A DNA stretch of 64,000 nucleotides from Vicinamibacteria bacterium (GCA_963555995.3 OY821641.1:3712001-3776000); one strand, 5' to 3'. Shown: positions 50,113-60,007, counted from the first letter of the stretch. A program made the numbers and translations. The notes: generated from the letters alone by a model not told the origin.

Positions 50113-51416
50113 TTCCCTTCCTCCGCGAAGACCCGCTCGAACACCGCGTCGAGGTGGCGGAGCTGGACGTCGAGATCGAAGGCGGCGTCGAGTTCCTCGC
50201 GGCTCAGGCGGGACGTGATCCCCTCGTCCTCGTCGAGCCGCTCCCGGAGCGTCCCGCCGCCCTCCCAGAGGCGCATGGCCGCGCCCTGCACCATCCGGTA
50301 GGCGTCCTCGCGCGAGATCCCCTTGGCGGCGAGGTCGAGCAGCACCTGGCCGCTGAAGACCATCCCGTTCATCCGGTTCAGGTTCTCCCGCATGGAGTCG
50401 GCGCGGACCACCAGCCCGTCGAGGATCCGGGTCATGCGCAGGAGGATGTGGTCGGTGAGCAGGAAACTCTGCGGAATCGCCATCCGCTCCGCGGACGAAT
50501 GGGAGATGTCCCGCTCGTTCCAGAGCGCGATGTTCTCGATGGCGGGCAGGGTGTTGGCGCGGATGATCCGGGCGAGGCCGCAGACCTGTTCGCAGCCCAC
50601 CGGGTTCCGCTTGTGGGGCATCGCCGAGGAGCCCTTCTGACCGCGCCCGAAGGGTTCCTCCAGTTCCCGGATCTCGGTGCGCTGGAGGTTCCGGATCTCG
50701 GTGGCGACCTTCTCCAGCGTGCCGGCGAGGATGGCGAGCGCGGCGGCCAGCTCGGCGTGGCGGTCGCGCTGGACGACCTGGGTGGAGATCGCGGCGGGAC
50801 GGAGCCCGAGCGCGTCGCAGACCCGCTTCTCGACGCTCGGCGGCAGGTGGGCGAAGGTGCCGACGGCGCCGCTGAGCTTGCCCACCCGGACGGCTTCCCG
50901 CGCCGCGCTGAGGCGGTGGTGGTTGCGTCCCATCTCCGCCCACCACAGCGCCAGCTTCATCCCGAAGGTCATCGGCTCGGCGTGGACGCCGTGGGTCCGC
51001 CCCACCATCACGGTCCGGCGGTGCTCCTCCGCCCGGCGCTTCAGGACCTCGCGGATCCCCTCGACCCGCCGCAGGATCAGGTCCGCGGAGCGGACGAGGC
51101 GGGTGGCGAGCGCGGTGTCCACCACGTCGGAGCTGGTGAGTCCGAAGTGGATCCAGCGTCCCTCGGCCCCCACGTGCTCCGCCATGGACTGGGTGAAGGC
51201 CACCACGTCGTGCTGGACGGTCTTCTCGATCTCGTGGATGCGGGCGATGTCGAAGCCGGCCCGCTCCCGGATCGCGGCGGCCGCCTCCGCCGGGACGATC
51301 CCCTCGGCCGCCATCGCCTCGGCGGCGGCGACCTCCACCGCCATCCACGAGGTGAACTGGGCCTCGTCGGTCCAGATCGCCCCCATCTCGGGGCGGACGT
51401 ACCGGTCGGTGAGCAC
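50109..51416 (-). CDS. purB: Adenylosuccinate lyase
   Basis: RYVRPEM, HDVVAF, GRTHG, GSSAMPHKRNP. Confidence 0.96.
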   Translation of the reverse strand: MLTDRYVRPEMGAIWTDEAQFTSWMAVEVAAAEAMAAEGIVPAEAAAAIRERAGFDIARIHEIEKTVQHDVVAFTQSMAEHVGAEGRWIHFGLTSSDVVDTALATRLVRSADLILRRVEGIREVLKRRAEEHRRTVMVGRTHGVHAEPMTFGMKLALWWAEMGRNHHRLSAAREAVRVGKLSGAVGTFAHLPPSVEKRVCDALGLRPAAISTQVVQRDRHAELAAALAILAGTLEKVATEIRNLQRTEIRELEEPFGRGQKGSSAMPHKRNPVGCEQVCGLARIIRANTLPAIENIALWNERDISHSSAERMAIPQSFLLTDHILLRMTRILDGLVVRADSMRENLNRMNGMVFSGQVLLDLAAKGISREDAYRMVQGAAMRLWEGGGTLRERLDEDEGITSRLSREELDAAFDLDVQLRHLDAVFERVFAEEGN

Positions 51417-51420
51417 CGGG

Positions 51421-51710
51421 CTAACAGCCTGTGGTGGAACTGGCGCGAGCACCGAGAGCGGCGAGGCGCCCGGCTGACAAGGCGCGTGAGGGAGGAATAC
51501 CGGGTGTATTCCGACCGAAACGCAACGATGAGGGCCGCGCAGCGGCCCGGTTCAGCCGGGATGCACCGTCCCGTTCGCTTCCGAAGCGGGGCGAGAGTTC
51601 GAGCCCCGCGGAGACCCCTTGAGCACGAAGCATGGCGGCCGGCGGTAACCGTCGGCCGGCATGTTTCGTAGCTCGGGAATGCCGCGCGAGTTTCACTACA
51701 GGCTGTTTAG
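51421..51710. mobile_element. MITE-like non-autonomous element
   Basis: Ends CTAACAGCCTGTGGTGGAACT and AGTTTCACTACAGGCTGTTTAG are imperfect inverted repeats; internal hairpins; second copy at 63909. Confidence 0.8.
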
Positions 51711-51711
51711 G

Positions 51712-52566
51712 CTAGACGGGCCGGAAGAGCGGCGCCGCGTACCCGACGTAGTACCGATCGTTCGTCACCAGCGGTTCCGCCGGCTCGGCGCGGACCTCGC
51801 CGGTGACCTGGTGCCGCTCGGCGACCACGAGCCGGACATGGGCGCGCCCCCCGGCATCCAGCGCGTTCCGGGCGGTCTGGACCGCCAGCGGGCGGGAGTT
51901 CGTGTTCTCGGACAGATGGGCCAGGACGACCGTTCGCACCGTGCCCGGCAGCCGCCGCCGCAGGTAGAGCGCCAGCGCCCCGTTCGAGAGATGGCCCCGG
52001 GTCGAGGCGATCCGCTGGCGGATGGAGAAGGGGTACCGGCTCTCGAAGAGTTGCTGTTCGTCGTAGTTGGACTCGATCAGCAGGACCGAAGCCCCCTCGA
52101 CGGCCGCTTCGATCTCGCGGGACAGATGGCCGAAGTCCGTCACGTGGACCAGGGCCGTGCTCCCGCGCTCGAAGCGGAACCCGATGGGCTCGAGGGCATC
52201 GTGGGGTGTCCGGAAGGGATGCACGGTCAGGGTCCCGATGCGGCGCGGCTCGCCCGGAACCAAGGGGATCCACGCGGGCGGCTCCGTCCCGTTCCGCGCC
52301 GGGAGGCGGCTCCACGTTCCCTCGGTGCAGGCCACCGGGAGGTGATGACGGCCCGCGAACGCGAGGGCGCTCCGGCAGTGGTCGCCGTGCTCGTGCGAGA
52401 CCAACACCGCCGCGAGGTCCGCCGGCGTCCGCCCGGCCGCCGCGATCCGCTTCTCCAGCTCCCGGCAGGAGAGCCCCGCCTCGACGAGCAGCGTCGTCGG
52501 CCCCGACGAGACGAGGGAAGCGTTGCCGGAACTACCGGATCCGAGGACGCGCAGGCTGATTTCCAT
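51712..52566 (-). CDS. MBL-fold metallo-hydrolase (YycJ/WalJ-like)
   Basis: SGSSGN, SHEHGDH, PHDA, ESNYD, GHLSN, HLSENTN. Confidence 0.9.
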   Translation of the reverse strand: MEISLRVLGSGSSGNASLVSSGPTTLLVEAGLSCRELEKRIAAAGRTPADLAAVLVSHEHGDHCRSALAFAGRHHLPVACTEGTWSRLPARNGTEPPAWIPLVPGEPRRIGTLTVHPFRTPHDALEPIGFRFERGSTALVHVTDFGHLSREIEAAVEGASVLLIESNYDEQQLFESRYPFSIRQRIASTRGHLSNGALALYLRRRLPGTVRTVVLAHLSENTNSRPLAVQTARNALDAGGRAHVRLVVAERHQVTGEVRAEPAEPLVTNDRYYVGYAAPLFRPV

Positions 52567-52709
52567 GGGGGAGACCGAGTCAGGAAAGGGCGGCGAAAAC
52601 CGCCAATCGGAAGCGCCGAGCGTAGCACCCGCCGCCGTTCCCGGTCAACGCCCCAACCCCAACATCTTGGGGGTCCGACAAACCCCGACCACAACCCGTT
52701 GTGGCGCAC

Positions 52710-52897
52710 CGGCCCGGACCGCCGGTCTCCAGACCGGCACACGCGGCGCTCCGCACCGCACCCGTCCCACCCCCCCATGCCCTCACGACGCGCCGGCCTG
52801 GACCGCCGGTCTCCAGACCGGCACCGCGCAGCGCTCCGCGCCGCGCCCGTCCCACACCCCTCCATGCCCTCACGACGCGCCGGCTTGGACCGCCGGT
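52710..52897 (+). repeat. REP-like tandem array (84-87 bp units), left part
   Basis: GGACCGCCGGT cores at 52716, 52800, 52887; third unit interrupted by IS21. Confidence 0.9.
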
Positions 52898-52996
52898 TGT
52901 CAAACGACAGGTAAAGATCGGGCTTAAACGACACGAACTTTGTCACCTGTTTGCGTCGTTGGCTGAGGCTTCGGTTCTCGCTTCAGGGGGACCGCC

Positions 52997-54205
52997 ATGG
53001 CACTCAGCAAGGAGCTTCGGATGACGATCAGGGCGCTTTCGGAGCGTGGTTGTTCCCGGCGTGAGATCGCGCGGGCGGCGCGGGTGAGCGAGCGTCAGGT
53101 TCGCTACGAGCTGGGTCGCGAGGAGGGTAGGCGCGACGGTCGCGGGAAGGTTGAGCGCGCTTCGAGGCTTGGGGAGGAGATCCGGGAGTGGTGCGCGGAC
53201 TTTGCGGGGGGTCAGCCCTTGAACGCGACGGCGCTGCACGAGCATTTGGTGGCGGAGCACGGGTATGTGGGGAGCCTGCGGTCGGTGCAGCGGTATCTGC
53301 GTCGTCGGTTGGGTCCGGGCCGGGTACGGGCGCGGCGTCGGGTGGAGACGCCGCCGGGGGCGCAGGCGCAGGCGGACTGGGCGGAGGCGCCGGGGATGCT
53401 GGTTGGAGGCCGGCGGGGGGTAAGTGCGTTTGCGCTGCGGTTGAGCTTTTCGCGGAAGAGCGCGGTGGTGTGGTCCCCGTTGAAGGACACGCTGTCGTGG
53501 TTGTGGGTTCACGGGCAGGCGTTTGTGCGTCTGAAGGGGGTGACGGCGACGGTACGGATGGACAACGTGAAGACGGCGATAGTGCGCGGCGCGGGGGTCT
53601 GGGGGGAGGTGAACCGGGCCTATTTGCGGTATGCGGAGGAGGCGCGGTTTCACATCGATCCCTGTCCGCCGCGGTCTCCGGAGGCGAAGGGGAAGGTGGA
53701 GCGAGGGATCCTGGACCTGCGGGGTTGGGGTCCGGGGCCGACGAGCGAGTGGTCGAGCCTGGAGGAGTTGCAGGCGTGGACGGACGCTCGGTTGCTGGAG
53801 TGGGAGTCGCGCCGGACGAGCCCGGCGACGGGGCGCGGGGTGTTGGAGAGTTGGGAGGAGGAGCAGGGGTATTTGGGGGACTGCACGGGGTTGCCGGAGC
53901 CGTTCGACCTGGTGGGGCTGCGGCCGGTGCCGTTCCGTCTGGTGGGGACCCGGGTGGAGGTGCGCCGGTGCGCGCGCCGGGTGCAGGTGTTGGATCGCGG
54001 GGAGGTGGTGGCGGAGCATCCCCGAGAGGGCAACTCCTTGCTTGTGCGCGACTTGTCGCATTACGAGGGGGCTTCGACGGGTCGGGTGATCGCGCCGGCG
54101 CCGCTGGGGCGGATGGGGCGTCGGCTGGAGGAGATCGGGGCGATGGCTCCGGAGGAACGTCCCCTGGATCTGTATGCGGCGCTGGCGGAGGTAGCGCGAT
54201 GGTGA
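52997..54205 (+). CDS. istA: IS21 transposase IstA
   Basis: N-terminal HTH, ETPPGAQAQADW, DNVK, KGKVER. Confidence 0.93.
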   Translation: MALSKELRMTIRALSERGCSRREIARAARVSERQVRYELGREEGRRDGRGKVERASRLGEEIREWCADFAGGQPLNATALHEHLVAEHGYVGSLRSVQRYLRRRLGPGRVRARRRVETPPGAQAQADWAEAPGMLVGGRRGVSAFALRLSFSRKSAVVWSPLKDTLSWLWVHGQAFVRLKGVTATVRMDNVKTAIVRGAGVWGEVNRAYLRYAEEARFHIDPCPPRSPEAKGKVERGILDLRGWGPGPTSEWSSLEELQAWTDARLLEWESRRTSPATGRGVLESWEEEQGYLGDCTGLPEPFDLVGLRPVPFRLVGTRVEVRRCARRVQVLDRGEVVAEHPREGNSLLVRDLSHYEGASTGRVIAPAPLGRMGRRLEEIGAMAPEERPLDLYAALAEVARW

Positions 54206-55056
54206 GTATGGATGTGGACCTGGACCTGGACCGGACGCGGCGGATCCTGGGAGAGCTCGGGATGCGGGAGGCATCGGCTCGGTTGTCCGAGTTGCTGACC
54301 GAGTGTGCGCGGGAGGAGCTGCCGGCGCATCGCCTGTTGGTTCGGGTCCTGGAGACGGAGAGGGAGTTCCGCCGGCAGCGGCGGCTGGAGATGGGGCTGC
54401 GGATGGCGGGGTTGCCTCTGGGACGGACCCTGGGGAACTTCGACTTCGGCTTCCAGCCGACGCTGGACCGGACGCGGGTGGAACTGTTGGGCACCTGCGG
54501 TTGGATCCGGGAGCGGCAGAACGTTCTGCTGCAGGGCCCGCCGGGGGTGGGGAAGACGCACCTGGCGGCGGGTCTGGGGATGCGGGCGCTGGAGAACGGG
54601 TTCCGGGTGGCGTTCTACCGGCTGGACGAGTTGCTGCGGACCCTGAAGCGGCATGAGGGGTCGACGACGCCACGGGGGAACCGGCGGTATCTGTCGGCGT
54701 CGCTGTTGATCATCGACGAGATGGGCTACGAAGCCCTGGACGCGAAGGAAGCGAGTCAACTGTTCCGGTTGATCAACGACCGGCATGAGCGGGGGAGCGT
54801 GCTGGTCACGACGAACAAGGCGATCCGGGAATGGCCGGAGGTGCTGGCGGGGGACGCGGTGCTGGCGAGCGCGATCCTGGACCGGTTCCTGCACCGCTGC
54901 GTGGTCCTCGACATCCGTGGCCGCAGCTATCGGCTGCGGGATCTGGAGCAGAGCTTCCGGGAGCGCCAGGAGACGATCGCTCGATCCTTCCTCCTCCCGG
55001 AAGAGGCGGCCTCATCCCCCGCCGCGGCGCCGGCGGGGAAGGAGGGACGTCGGTGA
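54199..55056 (+). CDS. istB: IS21 helper AAA+ ATPase IstB
   Basis: GPPGVGKT, LIIDEMGY, TTN, AILDR, GRSYR. Confidence 0.95.
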   Translation: MVSMDVDLDLDRTRRILGELGMREASARLSELLTECAREELPAHRLLVRVLETEREFRRQRRLEMGLRMAGLPLGRTLGNFDFGFQPTLDRTRVELLGTCGWIRERQNVLLQGPPGVGKTHLAAGLGMRALENGFRVAFYRLDELLRTLKRHEGSTTPRGNRRYLSASLLIIDEMGYEALDAKEASQLFRLINDRHERGSVLVTTNKAIREWPEVLAGDAVLASAILDRFLHRCVVLDIRGRSYRLRDLEQSFRERQETIARSFLLPEEAASSPAAAPAGKEGRR

Positions 55057-55181
55057 GCGCTCTGGTCGCCCTCCGGGCTCCCGCCGCGCTCCCCAACGTC
55101 CCTCCTTCCCCGCCGAAACAGGCTCTCCAGGGTGACAAAGTAGGTGTCGTTTATCTGGGCCAAACTAGGTGTCGCTTGACA

Positions 55182-55325
55182 CCGGTCTCCAGACCGGCAC
55201 CGCGGCGCTCCGCGCCGCGCACGTCCCCCCATGCCCTCACGACGCGCGGGCCTGGACCGCCGGTCTCCAGACCGGCACCGCGGCGCTCCGCGCCGCGCAC
55301 GCCCCAACCCCACGTGCCCTCACGG
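55182..55325 (+). repeat. REP-like tandem array, right part
   Basis: Completes the unit split by IS21; a fourth unit has its core at 55254. Confidence 0.9.
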
Positions 55326-55352
55326 CACCCCCGGGCGCTATGGTGATCCCCA

Positions 55353-56459
55353 GTGCAAAACCTCTACGGCCTCTCCCGCGCGGAACTGACCCAGGCGGCG
55401 GCGGACCTCGATCTCCCACCCTACCGCGCCCGCCAGCTCTTCCGCCACCTCTACCGACACGCCCAGGCCGACTTCCGCGAGATGACCGACTTCTCGGCAG
55501 TCCTCCGCGACGAACTCGCCGCCCGCTTCCGCATCGCGCACCCCCGCATCGTGGAGTCGTCGCAGTCCGGCGACGGCGCCGTCAAGCTGCTGATCGAACT
55601 CGAAGACGGCCTCCTGACGGAGACCGTCGCCATCGGTAGCCGGCGCGACGCGGCGGGCGGCCGGTCGGGCCGGGCGCAGGGCACGGACGGAGACGCCTCC
55701 GACCTGACGGTCTGCGTCTCCACCCAGGTCGGCTGCCCCCTCGCGTGCACCTTCTGCCGCTCCGGCGCCATCCCGTTCCGCCGGAACCTGACCCCCGGCG
55801 AGATCGCCGCCCAGGTGCTGCTCGCCGAACGCACCGCGCCGGAGGCCGCGAGGGGCCGCCGGAACGTCGTTTACATGGGGATGGGCGAACCGCTCCTCAA
55901 CACCGACGCCGTGATCGCGTCCCTCGACCTCCTCACCGACCCGGACGGCTTCGCCATCCCGCCCCGCCGCATCACGGTCTCCACGGTGGGCCTGCCGGAG
56001 GAGATCGGCCGCTTGGGCGCCGCCGCGCCGCAAGTCGGCATCGCCATTAGCCTCCACGCCGGCGACGACGAGACGCGCGGGAAGTTCATGCCCATCGGCC
56101 GCCGCCACCGCACGCCCGAGATCTTCGCGGCGCTGGAGAACCTGCCCCCCTCGAACCGCCGCATCACCATCGAGTACGTCCTCCTCGGCGGCGAGAACGA
56201 CCGCCCGGAAGACGCCCGCGAACTGATCCGCCAGTTGCGCCGCCTCACCGCATCGGGCATCCGGCCCCACGTCAACCTCATCGCCTTCAACCCGTGGGAC
56301 AACCCCGCCCCCGGCCCGCCACATCGGCCTGGCACGGAGGAGGATGCCGAACGTTTCCTCGCGACCGTGTCGGCCGTCGGCTTCGTCACCACCCTCCGCC
56401 GCAGCCGCGGCCGGGACGTCCTCGCGGCCTGCGGCCAATTGGCGGCAACGCCGTCTTGA
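55353..56459 (+). CDS. rlmN: 23S rRNA m2A2503 / tRNA methyltransferase (radical SAM)
   Basis: STQVGCPLACTFC, MGMGEP, ISLHA, AACGQL. Confidence 0.93.
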   Translation: MQNLYGLSRAELTQAAADLDLPPYRARQLFRHLYRHAQADFREMTDFSAVLRDELAARFRIAHPRIVESSQSGDGAVKLLIELEDGLLTETVAIGSRRDAAGGRSGRAQGTDGDASDLTVCVSTQVGCPLACTFCRSGAIPFRRNLTPGEIAAQVLLAERTAPEAARGRRNVVYMGMGEPLLNTDAVIASLDLLTDPDGFAIPPRRITVSTVGLPEEIGRLGAAAPQVGIAISLHAGDDETRGKFMPIGRRHRTPEIFAALENLPPSNRRITIEYVLLGGENDRPEDARELIRQLRRLTASGIRPHVNLIAFNPWDNPAPGPPHRPGTEEDAERFLATVSAVGFVTTLRRSRGRDVLAACGQLAATPS

Positions 56460-56470
56460 AGCCCGCGAGC

Positions 56471-56565
56471 GCCGACCCCGGTTATTGAGGGGAGCTCCCG
56501 CCGCCGGCCCCGGATATCGAGGGGAGCTCCTGCTGCCGACCTCCGTTATCGAAGGGAGGTCCTCC
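56471..56565 (+). repeat. Three degenerate tandem units of about 32 bp
   Basis: Units at 56471, 56503, 56535; consensus GCCGACCCCGGTTATCGAGGGGAGCTCC. Confidence 0.8.
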
Positions 56566-56791
56566 GCCGAAACGTGGAGACCGCCGGCCTGGGTTTGGTT
56601 AGCTCCGTCGCGATCGAAGGGTCGCGAATCCCAAGACTGCGGCTTCGCGCGGTCGAGACGGGATCGGGCCACAGCCCGTGGTCCACGCGCTCCCGCTGAC
56701 GCCCGCCGTCTACTGCCGGCCAGGGTTGGTGGACGAGCGGCTCGTTCGTTTCGCGGGGCGCCATCAACGCGGATTTCGCACTCCCGCGCGA

Positions 56792-56815
56792 TGCCGACTG
56801 GAGGTCGGCGCTCCG
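56792..56815 (-). repeat. REP-like hairpin variant
   Basis: Minus strand reads GGAGC-GCCGAC-CTCCA-GTCGGC; about 25 nt after the TonB receptor stop. Confidence 0.75.
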
Positions 56816-56840
56816 AGCCGTCGGTACGGTCCGCCCCCGC

Positions 56841-59453
56841 TCAGAACGACGCCGTGACGTTCAGGGAGACGGTGCGGGGGGCGCCGAGGAAGGCGGCCTG
56901 GCCGGTGATGGTGGCGAGGTAGGGGCGGTCGAGGAGGTTGTTGCCGACGAGGGCCACTTCGAGGCCGCTGAGTCGCGGGCTGATGCGGCCCGCCGACCAG
57001 CGGAAGTAGGCGTCCAGCAGCCAGTAGGGATCGCTGGTCCAGGAGCCGTCGAGGGTGACGTTGCGGGCCGCGGTGTACTTCGCGGAGATCCCGGCGGCGA
57101 CCGGGTCGCCGGTGTGGTCGGCGGAGAACACGATCAGGGTGCGCGGAACGCCGACGACGGGGCTGCCGGGGGTGATGCCCTGGGCGGCGGCGACCAGCGG
57201 GTCGCCGGTCCCGACGTAGGTGGCGTCGTTCCGGGTCCAGGCGGTGTAGAGGGAAGTGGCCTCGGTGACGCGCAGGGTGGCCGAGAGCTCCACGCCCTCG
57301 GATTCGATGCCGCCCGCGTTGAAGTAGGAACCGCCTCCCGCCACGAGGTAGTTCGGGCCGGTGGCGGTCTGGGGGGAGAGGAAGAAGATCCGGTTCTGGA
57401 AGTCAATCCGGTAGAACGTCGCGGTGGCCGCCACCCGCTCGCCGGTGTAGCGGAGGCCGGCGTCCAGGTTGGCGGCGGTTTCGGGTTCGAGTCCGGCGAG
57501 GCTCCGGCCCGGGACTTCGAGGAGGCGGTCGGAGAGGGACTTGAAGTTCTCGGCGTAGCCGGCGAAGAGTTCCAGACCCTCGACCGGCGCGGTGTAGGTG
57601 AGCCCGCCGGAGAGGAGCAGGTCCGAATCCGAGGACACCGACAGCTCGGCGGTGTCGCCGAAGAGGTCCCTCCGGCTCACGTCCACGAGGTACTGCCGGA
57701 CACCGGCGTTGATCGCCAGCGGGCCGGCGAAGAGGGTGTCCTCGAGGTACCACTTGACGATGGTCTGCGGGAACTCCCAGTCGTACTGGCGCCAGTAGGG
57801 GGTGTCGTCGAACCCGAAGGACACCCGCGCGTCGGTGATCTTGTGCCAGTCGCGGCCGAGGTCGCGGCGGCCGTCTTCCGCCCAGAGCCCGGCGCGGAGC
57901 CGGTTCCCGCCGATGGCGAGCTCCCTGAACCAGTCGCCGTCGAGGGTCACGCCGACGCGGTCCTTGCCGTAGTGGCTGTGCCGGTAGGAGTGCAGCGGAA
58001 TGGCGCCCTCGGGATGGCACGCGGGGTCGTACTCCGGGCCCGCGCCGCCGTAGGGGAACTGGATGGAGGAGACGCAGCCGGGCCGCGGCGCGAGCGGGAC
58101 GCCCGCCGGGTCCACGAAATAGAGCCGGCCGAGCGGGGTCCCGCCCTGCGCGGTCTGTCCGGAGACCAGTTCGGACTCCGGGCCGCCGCCGTCGTCGGTC
58201 ACGTCCACGAGGTAGGGCGGCAGCCAGTCGCCGCGGCCCCGCTGCCGGTGGAAATACGCGCCGCCCGTGATCGAGAGCGCGCCGGTGGCGGCGAACTCGG
58301 CCTTCAGGTAGCCGAAGGTGTTCTCGCGCGGGATGGCCCAGCCGGGCCGGTACAACTGGTTCACCCACGGCGTGTCCGTCCAGGTGTCGGTGAGCCGGTC
58401 CCAGCGGGGGTCGGCGCGGAACTCCGCGTCCGACGAAAGCCGCTGGTAGGAGGCGTTGTGGGCGTCGTCGTGGGAGAGATAGGCCGTCAGGTCGAGCCGG
58501 CCCGCCGTCGCCCGGACCTTTCCGGCGAGGTGGTCCCGTTCGATCCGCGCGAACTGCTGCATCCAGTCGCGGCCCTCCTGGCGCACCGCGGACACCCAGG
58601 CGCGGATCTCCCGGCTGAACAGGTGCCCCGTGTCCATCCGCAGGTAGAAGCGCTGGCTGTCGTGCGCGCCGAGTCCGAGCGACGCCGTGAACTTCCGCTC
58701 GTGCTCCGGTTCGTCGGTGGTGAAGTCGAGGGTGCCGCCGAGCGCCTCGATGGAGCGGGAGGCGATGTCCGCCGTTCCCTGGGAGACGGTGACGCCGCCC
58801 ATGTTCGCCGGGTCCACGAACCGGTTGGCCTTGGAGCCGGTCCAGTAGTCCGAGGTGCCGTTCGGCATCCCGTCAATCGTGGTGCCGATCTGGGCTTCGT
58901 CGAGGTTCACCTGGAAGCCGCGCATGGAGATGCTGGTGGACCAGTCGTCGGTCCCGTAGCTGTCGCCTTCCTGGATCGAGACGCCGGGGAGGTTGTCCAC
59001 CACCGCCAGCACGCTGGTGATCGGCGTCTGCTGGGCGACCATCGGTTCCGCGACGATGTTCGTGGCGAAGCTGCGCGGCTCCTCGGCGACGACGGTGATG
59101 GCCTCCATCACCCGGCTGAGCTCGAGGACGAGGTCGAGCCGCGTCACTGTGTCGGCCTCGACGGAGGCCGGCTCGCTGCGGGTCTCGAAGCCGGACAGGG
59201 TTGCTTCGATGCGGTAGTCCCCGGGGGGGAGGTTCTCGAAGGTGAAGCGGCCGTTGGCTGCCGTGACCTGCGGTCCCGCGGGGATTGCCGCGCCGACCAG
59301 CGTCACGGTGACCCCGGGGAGGGCGCTGCCGGTCGAGTCCAGCACGCGGCCCTCGATGGAGCCGGGGGGCTGGGCCGCGACCAGCGAAGGGAGGAGCGCC
59401 AGCAGCACCGCCGCTCCGGGGGCACGCCGGCGCCGCGGGGGTTCCTTGGACAT
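56841..59453 (-). CDS. TonB-dependent outer-membrane receptor with N-terminal carboxypeptidase-regulatory-like domain
   Basis: Signal peptide, LPGV and RGF plug motifs, NNLLD..Y, GAPRT, C-terminal Phe. Confidence 0.92.
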   Translation of the reverse strand: MSKEPPRRRRAPGAAVLLALLPSLVAAQPPGSIEGRVLDSTGSALPGVTVTLVGAAIPAGPQVTAANGRFTFENLPPGDYRIEATLSGFETRSEPASVEADTVTRLDLVLELSRVMEAITVVAEEPRSFATNIVAEPMVAQQTPITSVLAVVDNLPGVSIQEGDSYGTDDWSTSISMRGFQVNLDEAQIGTTIDGMPNGTSDYWTGSKANRFVDPANMGGVTVSQGTADIASRSIEALGGTLDFTTDEPEHERKFTASLGLGAHDSQRFYLRMDTGHLFSREIRAWVSAVRQEGRDWMQQFARIERDHLAGKVRATAGRLDLTAYLSHDDAHNASYQRLSSDAEFRADPRWDRLTDTWTDTPWVNQLYRPGWAIPRENTFGYLKAEFAATGALSITGGAYFHRQRGRGDWLPPYLVDVTDDGGGPESELVSGQTAQGGTPLGRLYFVDPAGVPLAPRPGCVSSIQFPYGGAGPEYDPACHPEGAIPLHSYRHSHYGKDRVGVTLDGDWFRELAIGGNRLRAGLWAEDGRRDLGRDWHKITDARVSFGFDDTPYWRQYDWEFPQTIVKWYLEDTLFAGPLAINAGVRQYLVDVSRRDLFGDTAELSVSSDSDLLLSGGLTYTAPVEGLELFAGYAENFKSLSDRLLEVPGRSLAGLEPETAANLDAGLRYTGERVAATATFYRIDFQNRIFFLSPQTATGPNYLVAGGGSYFNAGGIESEGVELSATLRVTEATSLYTAWTRNDATYVGTGDPLVAAAQGITPGSPVVGVPRTLIVFSADHTGDPVAAGISAKYTAARNVTLDGSWTSDPYWLLDAYFRWSAGRISPRLSGLEVALVGNNLLDRPYLATITGQAAFLGAPRTVSLNVTASF

Positions 59454-59736
59454 GGGTTTCATTCCTCCGGCCAATGGCGGGCGAGGAGCTGGGGGATTTG
59501 ATGGACGGGGACGGCGGAGAGCCGGTCGTCCAGCGGGTACGGGACAGTACCCGGATAGACCACCCCGAGGTGCACCAGTTGCAGATCGCTGAGCGGCACG
59601 CGCACAGGAAATATCCCTGAAAACCGGGTACTCAACAACCGATCTTCAGGGGTAAGCAGTTCTTTTGATGGGACCTCGCTGCCGCCGCAGTTCAGGAATT
59701 CCGGCATACGCAACTCCGCCCGCCTGCGGCGGGCGT

Positions 59737-60002
59737 TGCCGACCGGAGGTCGGCGTTCCAAGCGGGGGCGACATCCGGGCTGTTGAACCTCGCGCCGAGG
59801 TGGGAGCCGCTTTGTCCGGGTGGGGTTGGGACGTGCGCGGTGCGGAGCACCGCGCGTGCCGGTCTGGAGACCGGCGTTCCAGGCCGTTGCGACCTGCGGG
59901 CTGTTGGACTTTGCGCCGAGGTGGGAGCCGCCTTTTTGGGGTGGGGTTGTGATGTGCGCGGTGCGGAGCGCCGCGGGTGCCGGTCTGGAGACCGGCGTTC
60001 CA
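59737..60002 (-). repeat. REP-like tandem array with 121-bp period
   Basis: TGGAACGCC-led hairpins starting (minus strand) at 60002, 59881, 59760; begins 5 nt after the purE stop. Confidence 0.9.
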
Positions 60003-60007
60003 GGCCC

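Larger units (their letters stand above)
52898..55181 (+). mobile_element. IS21-family insertion sequence
   Basis: TGTCAA...TTGACA termini with subterminal repeats; 5-bp target duplication CCGGT at 52893-52897 and 55182-55186. Confidence 0.95.

Noticed and set aside
51421-51710. Purine-related (ZTP/PRPP) riboswitch upstream of purB
   Set aside because: Terminal inverted repeats and a second copy before an unrelated gene fit a MITE better.
56471-56565. Mini-CRISPR from about 32-bp repeats
   Set aside because: Units are directly adjacent with no spacers and are degenerate.
59475-59640. Cobalamin or TPP riboswitch upstream of the TonB receptor
   Set aside because: No B12-box or TPP core motif recognisable on the minus strand.
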